Shown piece by piece: positions 54,934 through 64,000 of a DNA stretch of 64,000 bases (the first letter of the stretch is position 1; each line of letters opens with the position of its first letter). The position numbers and the translations under genes were made by a program. The notes below the pieces were generated by a model, which had not been told where the DNA came from, did not search any database, and saw only the letters and a program-made list of their open reading frames with translations. Source of the stretch: an uncultured Hyphomicrobiales bacterium. Its GTDB lineage: Bacteria > Pseudomonadota > Alphaproteobacteria > Rhizobiales > Phreatobacteraceae. The DNA lies in contig CAZPMD010000009.1 in NCBI GenBank assembly GCA_964587395.1, positions 1,507-65,506 on the forward strand, read 5' to 3'.

Positions 54934-54967
54934 CGGCCGCGGATCCCGCGCGAGGGAGCGCGGCCTG

Positions 54968-55549
54968 ATGCGCGTCCTCGTCCTCTACTGCCACCCCAAT
55001 CCCGAGAGCTTCGGCGCGGCCCTGCATCGCACCGTGGTACAGAGCCTCACGGCGGCCGGGCACGAGGTGGACGACTGCGATCTCTATGCCGAAGACTTCC
55101 AGCCGGTGCTGACACGCGAGGAGCGCCTCGGCTACCACGATCTTTCAGCCAACACCCGGCCCGTGCAGGGCCACGTCGAGCGGTTGCGCGCGGCGCAGTC
55201 GCTGGTTCTCGTCTTCCCGGTGTGGAACTTCGGATTTCCGGCCCTGCTGAAGGGCTATCTCGACCGCGTCTTCCTCCCCGGCGTGTCCTTCGGCCTCGTC
55301 GACGGCCGCACCCAGGGCATGTTGTCGAACATCGACAGGATCGGCGTCGTCACCAGCTATGGCGCGACCTGGCTGAAGGCGACCATGATGGGCAATCCGC
55401 CGCGCAAGTTCTGCACGCGCACGCTGAGGGCCGTCACCGGCTTCACCGCCTCGGTCTCCTATCTCGCCCACTACGACATGAACCGCTCGACCCCGGCGAC
55501 GCGCGAGGCCTTCCTCGCCCGCGTGGCGACCACCTACAGGCGATGGTGA
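54968..55549 (+). CDS. Flavodoxin-like-fold NAD(P)H dehydrogenase (quinone), NQO/MdaB-like
   Basis: 193 aa. MRVLVLYCHPNPESFGAAL... and FPVWNFGFPALLKGYLDRV. Confidence 0.8.
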   Translation: MRVLVLYCHPNPESFGAALHRTVVQSLTAAGHEVDDCDLYAEDFQPVLTREERLGYHDLSANTRPVQGHVERLRAAQSLVLVFPVWNFGFPALLKGYLDRVFLPGVSFGLVDGRTQGMLSNIDRIGVVTSYGATWLKATMMGNPPRKFCTRTLRAVTGFTASVSYLAHYDMNRSTPATREAFLARVATTYRRW

Positions 55550-55652
55550 GCCGGCTCGCGGCTGTCATGGTCCTGTCACCATCGTCGGCGAAAGATGTGC
55601 CGGCTGCGCAGTCGCGGTCGCCGGGACGATGCGTCCCGCGAAGGGGGACGAC

Positions 55653-56159
55653 ATGACCCGGCAGAAGGATGCGGAGAAGGTTTCGCGCGAGCCCTACCGC
55701 AAGACCATCGGCGCCCATATCCAGCACGCGGCGAGGCTGCATCGCGCCCTCGTGGCCCGCAAGCTGACGATCCTCGGCCTCTATCCCGGCCAGGAGCAGG
55801 TGCTCAAGATCCTCGCCGAAGGCGGCGACATGACCATGGGCGAACTGGCGGCGGCCCTGAGAGTGCGTCCACCGACGGCCTCGAAGACGGTGGGCCGGCT
55901 CGCGGCCCAGGGTCTGGTCGAGCGGCGCAACGGCGGATCGTCCGATGGCCGCCTGGTCCAGGTCGGCCTGACGGAAGCGGGGATCGCCAAGTCTGAGGCG
56001 ATCGACGATCTCTGGTTCGCGGCCGAGGACGAGATGCTGGCCGATATGGACGGCAAGGACGTCAAGCGCCTGCGCAAGCTGCTGCGTCGCATGGAAAAGA
56101 CCCTGCGTCCGCATGCCGAGGAGCAGCCCGAAGACGAGGACGATGCCGAGGAGGCCTGA
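55653..56159 (+). CDS. MarR-family transcriptional regulator with an acidic C-terminal tail
   Basis: ORF 55629..56159 trimmed to ATG 55653 (GGGGGA SD). LYPGQEQVLKILAEGGDMTMGELAAALRVRPPTASKTVGRLAAQGLVER winged helix. Confidence 0.8.
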   Translation: MTRQKDAEKVSREPYRKTIGAHIQHAARLHRALVARKLTILGLYPGQEQVLKILAEGGDMTMGELAAALRVRPPTASKTVGRLAAQGLVERRNGGSSDGRLVQVGLTEAGIAKSEAIDDLWFAAEDEMLADMDGKDVKRLRKLLRRMEKTLRPHAEEQPEDEDDAEEA

Positions 56160-56165
56160 CCGGCG

Positions 56166-57044
56166 TCAGGCCTTCGGTGCCATGGCCCGATAGGCCTCGA
56201 TCACCAGGGCATCGTCGGCCTTGCCGAGGCCCATGCCGGAGGCCGCCAGGAAGAGCTGGTGCGCCGCGGCCGCCAGGAAAAGCGGCGCACGCGTCGCGTG
56301 GCCGGCGTCGAGGACGATGCCGAGGTCCTTGACGAAGATGTCCACCGCCGATGTGACCGGCGGGTCCTCCATCAGCATGCGTGGGCCGCGATTGTTCAGC
56401 ATCCAGCTGCCGGCAGCGCTGGAGCCATAGATCTCCAGCAACACCTTGGTGTCGAGGCCGGCCCGCTCACCAAGCGCCAGGGCCTCGGCGGCGGCGGCAA
56501 TGTGCACGCCGCAGAGCAACTGGTTGATGGTTTTCACCATGGCGCCGTCGCCGGCCTTCCCGCCGACGCGGAACAGGCGCGAGCCCATGACCTTGAGTAC
56601 CGGCTCGGCGGCGTCGAGCGTTGCGGCCGTGCCGGAGGCCATGATCGTCAGGGTGCCGGCTTCCGCGCCCACCACGCCGCCGGAGACGGGCGCATCGACG
56701 AAGCGACGCTGGGTCGCCTCCACCTTCGCACCGATGGCGGCGGCCCGGGCAGGGGCACAGGTGGCGCAGAGCACCACGATGGCGTTGGGGGCGAGGGCAT
56801 CGAGCGCGCCGGCCTCGAAAAGCACGGCCTCCGCCTGGTCGGCATTGACCACCATCAGAACCAGCATGTCGGCGCCGGTCGCGGCCTCGCGGGCGGTTGG
56901 GAATGCCTCGCCGCCGTTCTGCCTCAGCCAGTCGAGGGCGGCCGGATTGACGTCGGTGCCGCGGACCGCGTGGCCGGCCTTCACGAGATTGGCCGCCATC
57001 GGGCGCCCCATGGCGCCGAGGCCGGCAAAGCAGATGGTTGTCAT
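56166..57044 (-). CDS. NAD(P)-dependent beta-hydroxyacid dehydrogenase (3-hydroxyisobutyrate dehydrogenase family)
   Basis: ORF 56166..57077(-) trimmed to MTTICFAGLGAMGRPMAANL (Rossmann motif). DAPVSGG and KTINQLL family motifs. Confidence 0.85.
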   Translation of the reverse strand: MTTICFAGLGAMGRPMAANLVKAGHAVRGTDVNPAALDWLRQNGGEAFPTAREAATGADMLVLMVVNADQAEAVLFEAGALDALAPNAIVVLCATCAPARAAAIGAKVEATQRRFVDAPVSGGVVGAEAGTLTIMASGTAATLDAAEPVLKVMGSRLFRVGGKAGDGAMVKTINQLLCGVHIAAAAEALALGERAGLDTKVLLEIYGSSAAGSWMLNNRGPRMLMEDPPVTSAVDIFVKDLGIVLDAGHATRAPLFLAAAAHQLFLAASGMGLGKADDALVIEAYRAMAPKA

Positions 57045-57140
57045 GGGCAAGGTTTCCCGAACATCAGTGGGCGTCACGCCTGACCTCGATGCCCGCCCGT
57101 GGGCGGGACATCCACGCTCAACCGCGCATGGGTCCCCGAC

Positions 57141-58076
57141 CTATTCCTTCACCGCACCGGTCATGGCCGAGACGTAGTGCTCGACGAAGAAAGCGTAGAG
57201 GATGACCAGCGGCAGCGAGCCGACCAGCGCGCCGGCCATCAGCGAGCCCCAGCGGAATACGTCGCCGTCGACGAATTCCGAGACGATGGCGGTCGGCACC
57301 GTCTTGTTGGGGTTCGAGGAGATGAAGGTCAGCGCGTAGATGAACTCGTTCCAGCACAGGGTGAAGGCGAAGATGAAGGCGGAGATCAGCCCGGGAATCG
57401 CCAGCGGGATGATGATCTTGACGAGGATCTGCCAGCGGCTGGCGCCGTCGATCAGCGCGCATTCCTCGAGTTCGTAGGGAATGGTCTTGAAGTAGCCCAT
57501 CAGCAGCCAGGTGCAGAACGGGATCAGGATTGTCGGATAGGTCAGGATCAGCGCGAAGGGCGTGTCGAACAGCCCGTAGACGTGGATGATCGTCGACAGG
57601 GGAATGAAGAGGATCGACGGCGGCACCAGATAGGCGAGGAAGATGAGGCCGCCGACCGTCTGCGCGCCCCTGTAGCGGATGCGCGTGATCGCATAGGCGG
57701 CCAGCACCGAAGCGACGATGGAAAGGAAGGTGGCGCAGACCGCCACGAACATCGTGTTCCACAGCCAAGTCGGATAGTTCGATTCGAACAGCAGCTTGTA
57801 GAAGTGCCGGAAGGTCGGCTCGCCGACCCAGAGCGGATTGCCGCCATGCAGGTCGAGCAGGTCCTGGTCCGGTTTGATGGATGTGATGAACATCCAGTAG
57901 AACGGAAAGAGCAGCACGATCATGATGATGAAGAGCGGCAGGTAGACCGTCACGGTCTTGCGCGGCAGGCTCTCCAGATAGCTCATGCCCTCGGAATGGT
58001 CGTCCCTGGCGGCTGAGCGGCTGAAGGCGCCGCTGGCCGCGGGGTTCTTCGGATCGGTTCCGGCGGTGGCGGTCAT
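57141..58076 (-). CDS. Carbohydrate ABC transporter permease (MalG-like)
   Basis: 311 aa with 6 TM segments. EAA-loop ELEECALIDGASRWQILVKIIIP. Confidence 0.85.
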   Translation of the reverse strand: MTATAGTDPKNPAASGAFSRSAARDDHSEGMSYLESLPRKTVTVYLPLFIIMIVLLFPFYWMFITSIKPDQDLLDLHGGNPLWVGEPTFRHFYKLLFESNYPTWLWNTMFVAVCATFLSIVASVLAAYAITRIRYRGAQTVGGLIFLAYLVPPSILFIPLSTIIHVYGLFDTPFALILTYPTILIPFCTWLLMGYFKTIPYELEECALIDGASRWQILVKIIIPLAIPGLISAFIFAFTLCWNEFIYALTFISSNPNKTVPTAIVSEFVDGDVFRWGSLMAGALVGSLPLVILYAFFVEHYVSAMTGAVKE

Positions 58077-58124
58077 GACAGGGCTCCGTCGGCGGGGAAC
58101 AGGCGGGCGGGCGGGGTGCGGGGA

Positions 58125-59090
58125 TCAGTCATTGCTCTCACCCTGCTGCCATTTGCGGCGCTGCAGCCCGAACCATGAGAACATGATGGCGGCGAGCAGG
58201 AAGGGCACCATGGAGATGGCGATGGCGGCGCCCTCGCCGAGATTGCCGCCGAGAATGCCGCGCTGGTAGGACAGCGTCGCCATCAGATGCGTGGCATTGA
58301 CCGGCCCGCCGCGGGTCATCGCCCAGATCAGCTGGAAGTCGGTGAAGGTGAAGAGCACCGAGAAGGTCATCACCACGGCGATGATCGGCGTCAGCAGCGG
58401 ATAGGTCACATAGCGGAAGTTCTGCCAACGGGTGGCTCCGTCCAGCGTCGCCGCCTCGTAGAGCGAGGGCGAGACGGTCTGCAGGCCGGCCAGCAGCGTG
58501 ATGGCGATGAAGGGGATGCCGCGCCAGATATTGGCGAAGATCACCACGCACTGGGCCATGAAGGGGTCGCCCATCCAGTTGATGGGAGATCCGCGATCAA
58601 TGAAGCCCATCTTCACCAGCCCCCAGGTGATGACCGAGAACTGGGTGTCGAAGATCCACCAGAAGGCGACCGCCGAGAGCACGGTCGGCACGATGAAGGG
58701 GATGAGCACCACGGAGCGGATGAAGGCCTTGAACGGCAGGTTGTTGTTGAGCAGCAGCGCCAGATAGAGGCCGATGGCGAACTTCACCGCCGAGGCGACG
58801 AAGGTGAAGACGATGGTGAAGATCAGAGCCCTGATGAAGTCGCTGTCCTCGCTCAGCCACTCGAAGTTCTCGAGGCCCACGAAGCGTCCCTCGCGCCCGA
58901 TACGGGCGTCGGTGAAGCTCATCCACAGGCCCTTGCCGAGCGGATAGACGAGAAACAGCACGAGGAAGGCCATGGCCGGGACCATGAACCAGAAGCCCAG
59001 CCAGTTGCGGTTGACCTTGAGCTGTTGCCAAGCCGAAGGCGCGCCCGGCATCGGGCGGGCTTCGGTGCGTGCGACGGCGGCATCGGCCAT
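58125..59090 (-). CDS. Carbohydrate ABC transporter permease (MalF-like)
   Basis: 321 aa. EAA-loop SLYEAATLDGATRWQNFRYVTYP. Confidence 0.85.
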   Translation of the reverse strand: MADAAVARTEARPMPGAPSAWQQLKVNRNWLGFWFMVPAMAFLVLFLVYPLGKGLWMSFTDARIGREGRFVGLENFEWLSEDSDFIRALIFTIVFTFVASAVKFAIGLYLALLLNNNLPFKAFIRSVVLIPFIVPTVLSAVAFWWIFDTQFSVITWGLVKMGFIDRGSPINWMGDPFMAQCVVIFANIWRGIPFIAITLLAGLQTVSPSLYEAATLDGATRWQNFRYVTYPLLTPIIAVVMTFSVLFTFTDFQLIWAMTRGGPVNATHLMATLSYQRGILGGNLGEGAAIAISMVPFLLAAIMFSWFGLQRRKWQQGESND

Positions 59091-59173
59091 GGGGCTCTCC
59101 GGGAGACTGTCGGGAACGGGGGCGGCGAGCCGCCCCCGTCCGGGATGCGTCGGGCGGCTCGGCCGCCCGGTCG

Positions 59174-60490
59174 TCAGCGATAGATGCGGCGCAGCTGGCG
59201 CTCGGCGAGGCGGATGGCGCCCTCGACATCCTCCTTGCCGGTGCAGTGGTTGGCGAAGAGGTCGACCACGATGAAGTCGGCGATGGCCGTGGCCGCCTTC
59301 TCGTTGATCGGGCCCTTGTAGCCGGCGGGGAACGAACGCTTCGCCGACTCACGGAACACCCGTGCCTTGGGGTCGCGCGTCCAGACCGGGTTGGCGTCAT
59401 AGGCATTGAGCACGTGCGTCAGGTAACCCTCGGCGGCCTCCAGCCACGGGTTGAAGTTCTCGGCTTCCAGGATGAAGGCCATGAAGGCCTTGCAGGCGTT
59501 GGGGAACCGCGAATAGGTCATGCCGAACATCGGGAAGGCGAGCTGGATTTCCGCCGGCTTGCCGATCGGGCCGATGGGCCAGAAGGCATGGTCCATGTCG
59601 GCGGCGATCTCGCGCTGCTTGGCGTCCTGCGAGACGCGGGCGGCGGCATAGATGGAGATGCCGTTGGCCGTCAGCGAGATTTCGCCTGAGAGGAAGGCGC
59701 GGTTGTTGTTGGAGTCGTTCCACGCCGCGGTGCCGGGAATGAAGGTGTCCCAGAGCTCCTTGGCGTAGCGCAGGGCGGCCCGGGTCTCCGGCGAGTTGAT
59801 CGTGATCTTCTCGTTCTCGTCGACCTGCGCCGCGCCGTGCGACCACAGCAGCCAGTGGGCGAAGGCGTTGCCGTCGCCGGTGGCGCGTCCCAGCGGGAAG
59901 CCGGAGGGCGTGCCCTTGGCCTTGAGCGCCTTGCAGAGCTCGAGGAAGCCCTTGGTATCCTGCGGCACCTCGTTGAAGCCGGCGGCCTTGATCATCGAGA
60001 CGCGGTAGTTGATGTAGCCGCCGTTGACCGCGACCGGGATCGAGATCCACTTGCCGCCGGACTTGCCGTAGGCCTCGGCAAGCGGCACCCAGCCGCCATA
60101 CTTCTTGCCGAGATAGTCGGCGACGTCGGTCACCTCCAGGCACTTCTGCGGGAACAGATGCGGCACGGAATAGAGCGACCAGATGAGGTCGGGCCCGGTG
60201 CCGGTGTTGGCGGCGACAGAGGCCTTGGGCTGCACGTCGTCGAAGCTCTCCGAGGAAACGTTCACCCGGCAGCCGGTCGCCTGGGTGAAGGCCGCCACCA
60301 TCTTGTTGAACTGGGCGTCTTCCGCCTCGACGAAGCGGCGCCAGCGCAGGAGGTTCAGCGTCGCGCCGGCCTCCGGCTTGAACGGCGAGGCCTGCGCCCA
60401 GGCCTTCGCCCAGTCGGTCAGGCCGGAGCCGGTGAGCACGCCGGCCGCAGCGGCGCCTTTCATCAGGGTGCGGCGATTGAAGGTCGTCAT
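59174..60490 (-). CDS. ABC transporter extracellular solute-binding protein (family 1), Tat-type signal
   Basis: 438 aa. MTTFNRRTLMKGAAAAGVLTGSG signal. SBP_bac_1-like sequence. Confidence 0.85.
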   Translation of the reverse strand: MTTFNRRTLMKGAAAAGVLTGSGLTDWAKAWAQASPFKPEAGATLNLLRWRRFVEAEDAQFNKMVAAFTQATGCRVNVSSESFDDVQPKASVAANTGTGPDLIWSLYSVPHLFPQKCLEVTDVADYLGKKYGGWVPLAEAYGKSGGKWISIPVAVNGGYINYRVSMIKAAGFNEVPQDTKGFLELCKALKAKGTPSGFPLGRATGDGNAFAHWLLWSHGAAQVDENEKITINSPETRAALRYAKELWDTFIPGTAAWNDSNNNRAFLSGEISLTANGISIYAAARVSQDAKQREIAADMDHAFWPIGPIGKPAEIQLAFPMFGMTYSRFPNACKAFMAFILEAENFNPWLEAAEGYLTHVLNAYDANPVWTRDPKARVFRESAKRSFPAGYKGPINEKAATAIADFIVVDLFANHCTGKEDVEGAIRLAERQLRRIYR

Positions 60491-60595
60491 GGTGCTATCC
60501 TCCCGATAAGGATTCCGGAGCCCGTCTTGAACGCGGGCCTTGCCGGTTTTTGGTTGGTACGGGTTTGCCCCGCCTGTTGGAATTCTCGGCGCCGG

Positions 60596-61660
<1,065 letters not shown>

Positions 61661-61905
61661 TCACATTCCTCCCATGGGTCGCCTCGACCCTGCCCGGCAC
61701 CGGCCCTTGACCTGGGCTCTGCGATCCGGTCCCGTGGGACGGATGCGGCGACTGGCTGTTCTTCGGCGGGCAGTGTGGCACGCGAAAATCGGAAATCAAG
61801 TGTGATCACGGCTTGGCATGGCTGAAATTCAATCGGTTGAAACTGCGATGGAATGCGTCAGTCTCCCGCCGACAAGCCCAAGCCGCACCCCCAGGGAGAA
61901 ACTCC

Positions 61906-62871
61906 ATGACCAAGCCGGACCTGCTCATGACCGGCCCCATGATGCAGACGATCCAGGACCAGCTGGCGCAGCGGTTCACCGTCCACAAGCTGTGGCTGGC
62001 GGAGGACAAGGAAGCCCTGCTGCGCAAGCTTGCGCCCAGCCTCGTCGCCATCGCATCAGGCAGCCATGTCGCATGCGACCCCGCGCTGATGGGGCGGTTC
62101 CCCGGCCTGAAGATCGTCTCGTCCTTCGGCGTCGGCTATGACCACATCGACGCAGCATGGGCCGGCCGGAACGGCATCGTCGTCACCAACACGCCCGACG
62201 TGCTGAACGAGGAGGTCGCCGACACGGCGCTTGGCCTGCTCCTCTGCACCGTGCGTGAATTGCCGCAGACCGACCGTTATCTGCGCGCCGGCAAGTGGCT
62301 GGAAAAGCCCTATCCGCTGTCGGGGACGCTGCGCGACCGGAAGGTCGGCATCCTCGGCCTCGGACGCATCGGCAAGGCCATCGCCCGCCGCCTCGAGGCC
62401 TTCAACGTCCCGGTCGTCTACCATGGCCGCAGCGAACAGAAGGACGTGCCCTACCGGTACTACGCATCGCTCGTGGAGATGGCGAAGGACGTCAACGTCC
62501 TGCTCATCGTCGCTCCGGGCGGCGCCTCCACCAGCAAGATCGTCAACCGCGAGGTGCTCGAAGCCCTCGGCCCCGACGGCATCCTGATCAATGTCGGCCG
62601 CGGCTCGGTGGTCGACGAGGCGGCGCTGGTCCAGGCGCTGAAGGCGAAGACCATCCGCACCGCCGGTCTCGACGTTTTCGAGGATGAGCCGCGGGTCCCG
62701 GCGGAGCTGATCGCCATGGACCATGTCGTGCTGTTCCCCCATGTCGGGTCGGCCTCCGTCCACACCCGCAACGCGATGGCGCAGCTGGTCGTCGACAATC
62801 TCGTCTCATGGGTCGACGGCAAGGGGCCGTTGACCCCGGTCGACGAGACGCCCTGGCCGGTGAAGCAGTGA
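61906..62871 (+). CDS. D-isomer-specific 2-hydroxyacid dehydrogenase (glyoxylate/hydroxypyruvate reductase-like)
   Basis: ORF 61813..62871 trimmed to MTKPDLLMTGP (GGGAGAA upstream). GILGLGRIGKAIARRL NAD-binding motif. RG...VDE...H catalytic pattern. Confidence 0.85.
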   Translation: MTKPDLLMTGPMMQTIQDQLAQRFTVHKLWLAEDKEALLRKLAPSLVAIASGSHVACDPALMGRFPGLKIVSSFGVGYDHIDAAWAGRNGIVVTNTPDVLNEEVADTALGLLLCTVRELPQTDRYLRAGKWLEKPYPLSGTLRDRKVGILGLGRIGKAIARRLEAFNVPVVYHGRSEQKDVPYRYYASLVEMAKDVNVLLIVAPGGASTSKIVNREVLEALGPDGILINVGRGSVVDEAALVQALKAKTIRTAGLDVFEDEPRVPAELIAMDHVVLFPHVGSASVHTRNAMAQLVVDNLVSWVDGKGPLTPVDETPWPVKQ

Positions 62872-62905
62872 GAGGCAGCCTCGCGGTCCAGCCGCGAGGC
62901 TCCTG

Positions 62906-63547
62906 CTAGGCGAGCCGTCGCGCGACGACGAAGAGCCGAGGGTCCCGTTTCCCGGACCCGTGGCGCCCGCGCTCCTCGATGGCGAAGCCTGCCGCCACCA
63001 TGTCGCCCTCGAGCTTCTCCGCCGTGAAGGACGACACGAAGGGCGCCTTGCCGAGGATCTGCATGACGGGGATGGCGAGGCGGATCAGCGGGTTCATCTC
63101 GGTCAGGCAAGGCGTCTTCGTGATGAACAGACCGCCGGGTTTCAGGGCCTGGTGCACCCGGCGCAGGACGGCCTGGCGATCCGTCACCAGGTGAAGCAGG
63201 TTCAGGGCCAGCACGGCATCGCAGGAGCCGTCCGCTTCGGCCGGCTCGTCCGCGGGACCGACCTCGAAGGAGGCGTTGGGACAGTTCGCGGCGGCGGCAC
63301 GCTCCCTGGCAATGGCGATCATTTCCTCGGAAATGTCGCTGCCGACGATCCGCGCGACGGATGGAGCGAGCAGCAGCGCGCTGGTCCCGGTGCCGCAGCC
63401 GAGTTCGAGCACGCTGTGCGAGGCGGAAAGCCAGTCGCGGGTGCGGGCGATGGTCCGTTCATAGCCGGCCATGTCCCTGATCGGGTCGGCGGCGTATTTG
63501 CGGGCGGTCCGATCCCAGAATCGCGCGTCTGCGGACGTTCTCGACAT
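62906..63547 (-). CDS. Class I SAM-dependent methyltransferase
   Basis: ORF 62906..63577(-) trimmed to ATG 63547 (AAGGAG SD). VLELGCGTGTSALLL motif I. Confidence 0.8.
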   Translation of the reverse strand: MSRTSADARFWDRTARKYAADPIRDMAGYERTIARTRDWLSASHSVLELGCGTGTSALLLAPSVARIVGSDISEEMIAIARERAAAANCPNASFEVGPADEPAEADGSCDAVLALNLLHLVTDRQAVLRRVHQALKPGGLFITKTPCLTEMNPLIRLAIPVMQILGKAPFVSSFTAEKLEGDMVAAGFAIEERGRHGSGKRDPRLFVVARRLA

Positions 63548-63630
63548 GGCGTGCTCCTTCGGGCGATGCCCTAGCACATGCGTGAATGTTCAGAATTGCC
63601 GACAATCGTACCAGTGATATACGAATATGC

Positions 63631-64000
63631 ATGATTCAGATTGACTGGAACCTGGCACGCGCGTTCTGCGCCACGGCGGACGCAGGCTCGCTCTCCGCCG
63701 CCGCCCGCAAGCTGGGACTGACCCAGCCGACCCTGTCGCGCCAGGTTGCCGCGCTGGAGGCGGGGCTCGCGGTCACGCTGTTCGAACGGATCGGCAAGCG
63801 GCTGATCCTCACTCCGGTCGGCCTCGGACTTCTCGACCACGCGCGCGCCATGGCGGCGGCGGCCGACGCTTTCGCCCTGGCAGCCGCCGGGCAGTCGCAG
63901 GACCTGTCGGGAGGCGTGTCGATCTCCGCGACCGACGCCGTTTCCGTCCACATCCTCCCCGACATTGTCGCCCGGCTCCGGCTGCAGGTGCCGCAACTGT
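63631..64000 (+). CDS. LysR-family transcriptional regulator, N-terminal part (runs off the window end)
   Basis: Not in the ORF track because it has no stop codon in the window. ATG 63631: MIQIDWNLARAFCATADAGSLSAAARKLGLTQPTLSRQVAALEAGLAVTLFER... is a typical LysR HTH. Confidence 0.8.
   Translation, partial: MIQIDWNLARAFCATADAGSLSAAARKLGLTQPTLSRQVAALEAGLAVTLFERIGKRLILTPVGLGLLDHARAMAAAADAFALAAAGQSQDLSGGVSISATDAVSVHILPDIVARLRLQVPQL

Noticed and set aside
61776-61792. TGGCAC-containing sequence upstream of the 2-hydroxyacid dehydrogenase gene, as a sigma-54 promoter.
   Set aside because: The -12 element (TTGC) is absent at the required spacing (TGGCACgcgaaAATCG).

Overview
High-GC chromosomal window, apparently alphaproteobacterial (Hyphomicrobiales-like). 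That placement rests on the PhyR/NepR/EcfG stress-response genes, the HWE/HisKA_2 kinases and the sox gene types. I saw no rRNA, CRISPR array, transposase, integrase or phage genes.

Gene content from left to right:
- 49-10061: a complete thiosulfate-oxidation (sox) locus in two divergent operons, soxY-Z-B-C-D-cytochrome c-DsrE-like and soxA-X-S-R-T, plus a convergent soxH-like gene.
- 10.6-12.1 kb: a soluble double-PAS chemoreceptor broken by a 1-nt frameshift.
- 12.5-15.6 kb: an AraC regulator and a TPCP-motif (P1B-5-like) P-type ATPase. The ATPase start overlaps a 14-codon leader ORF that carries the only Shine-Dalgarno (SD) sequence.
- 15.7-20.5 kb: a beta-oxidation-type operon.
- 20.8-25.1 kb: an RND efflux pair.
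- 25.3-28.6 kb: divergent katG/oxyR.
- 28.6-44.5 kb: a general-stress-response (GSR) neighbourhood. It holds phyR, nepR-ecfG-HWE kinase, two further HWE/HisKA_2 kinases and a single-domain response regulator. I found 7 exact and 2 near matches to the EcfG promoter consensus GGAAC-N16/17-CGTT, each pointing at an adjacent start codon.
- 44.6-64 kb: sbtA/sbtB with terC, a GMC oxidoreductase, cspA, a (CCGGGT)6 microsatellite, tRNA-Gly(GCC), an amidohydrolase/FAD-oxidoreductase cluster, a sugar ABC operon and housekeeping-type enzymes.

Best candidate for an undescribed system: the EcfG-promoter-driven module transglutaminase-like / ABCD(YddA, SbmA/BacA)-type ABC transporter / transglutaminase-like at 36.0-40.2 kb. 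It includes a promoter, then an anti-SD hairpin, then an intrinsic terminator at 39196-39297, which could be an EcfG-dependent sRNA or an attenuator.

All calls come from reading the sequence and ORF translations. No database searches were run.
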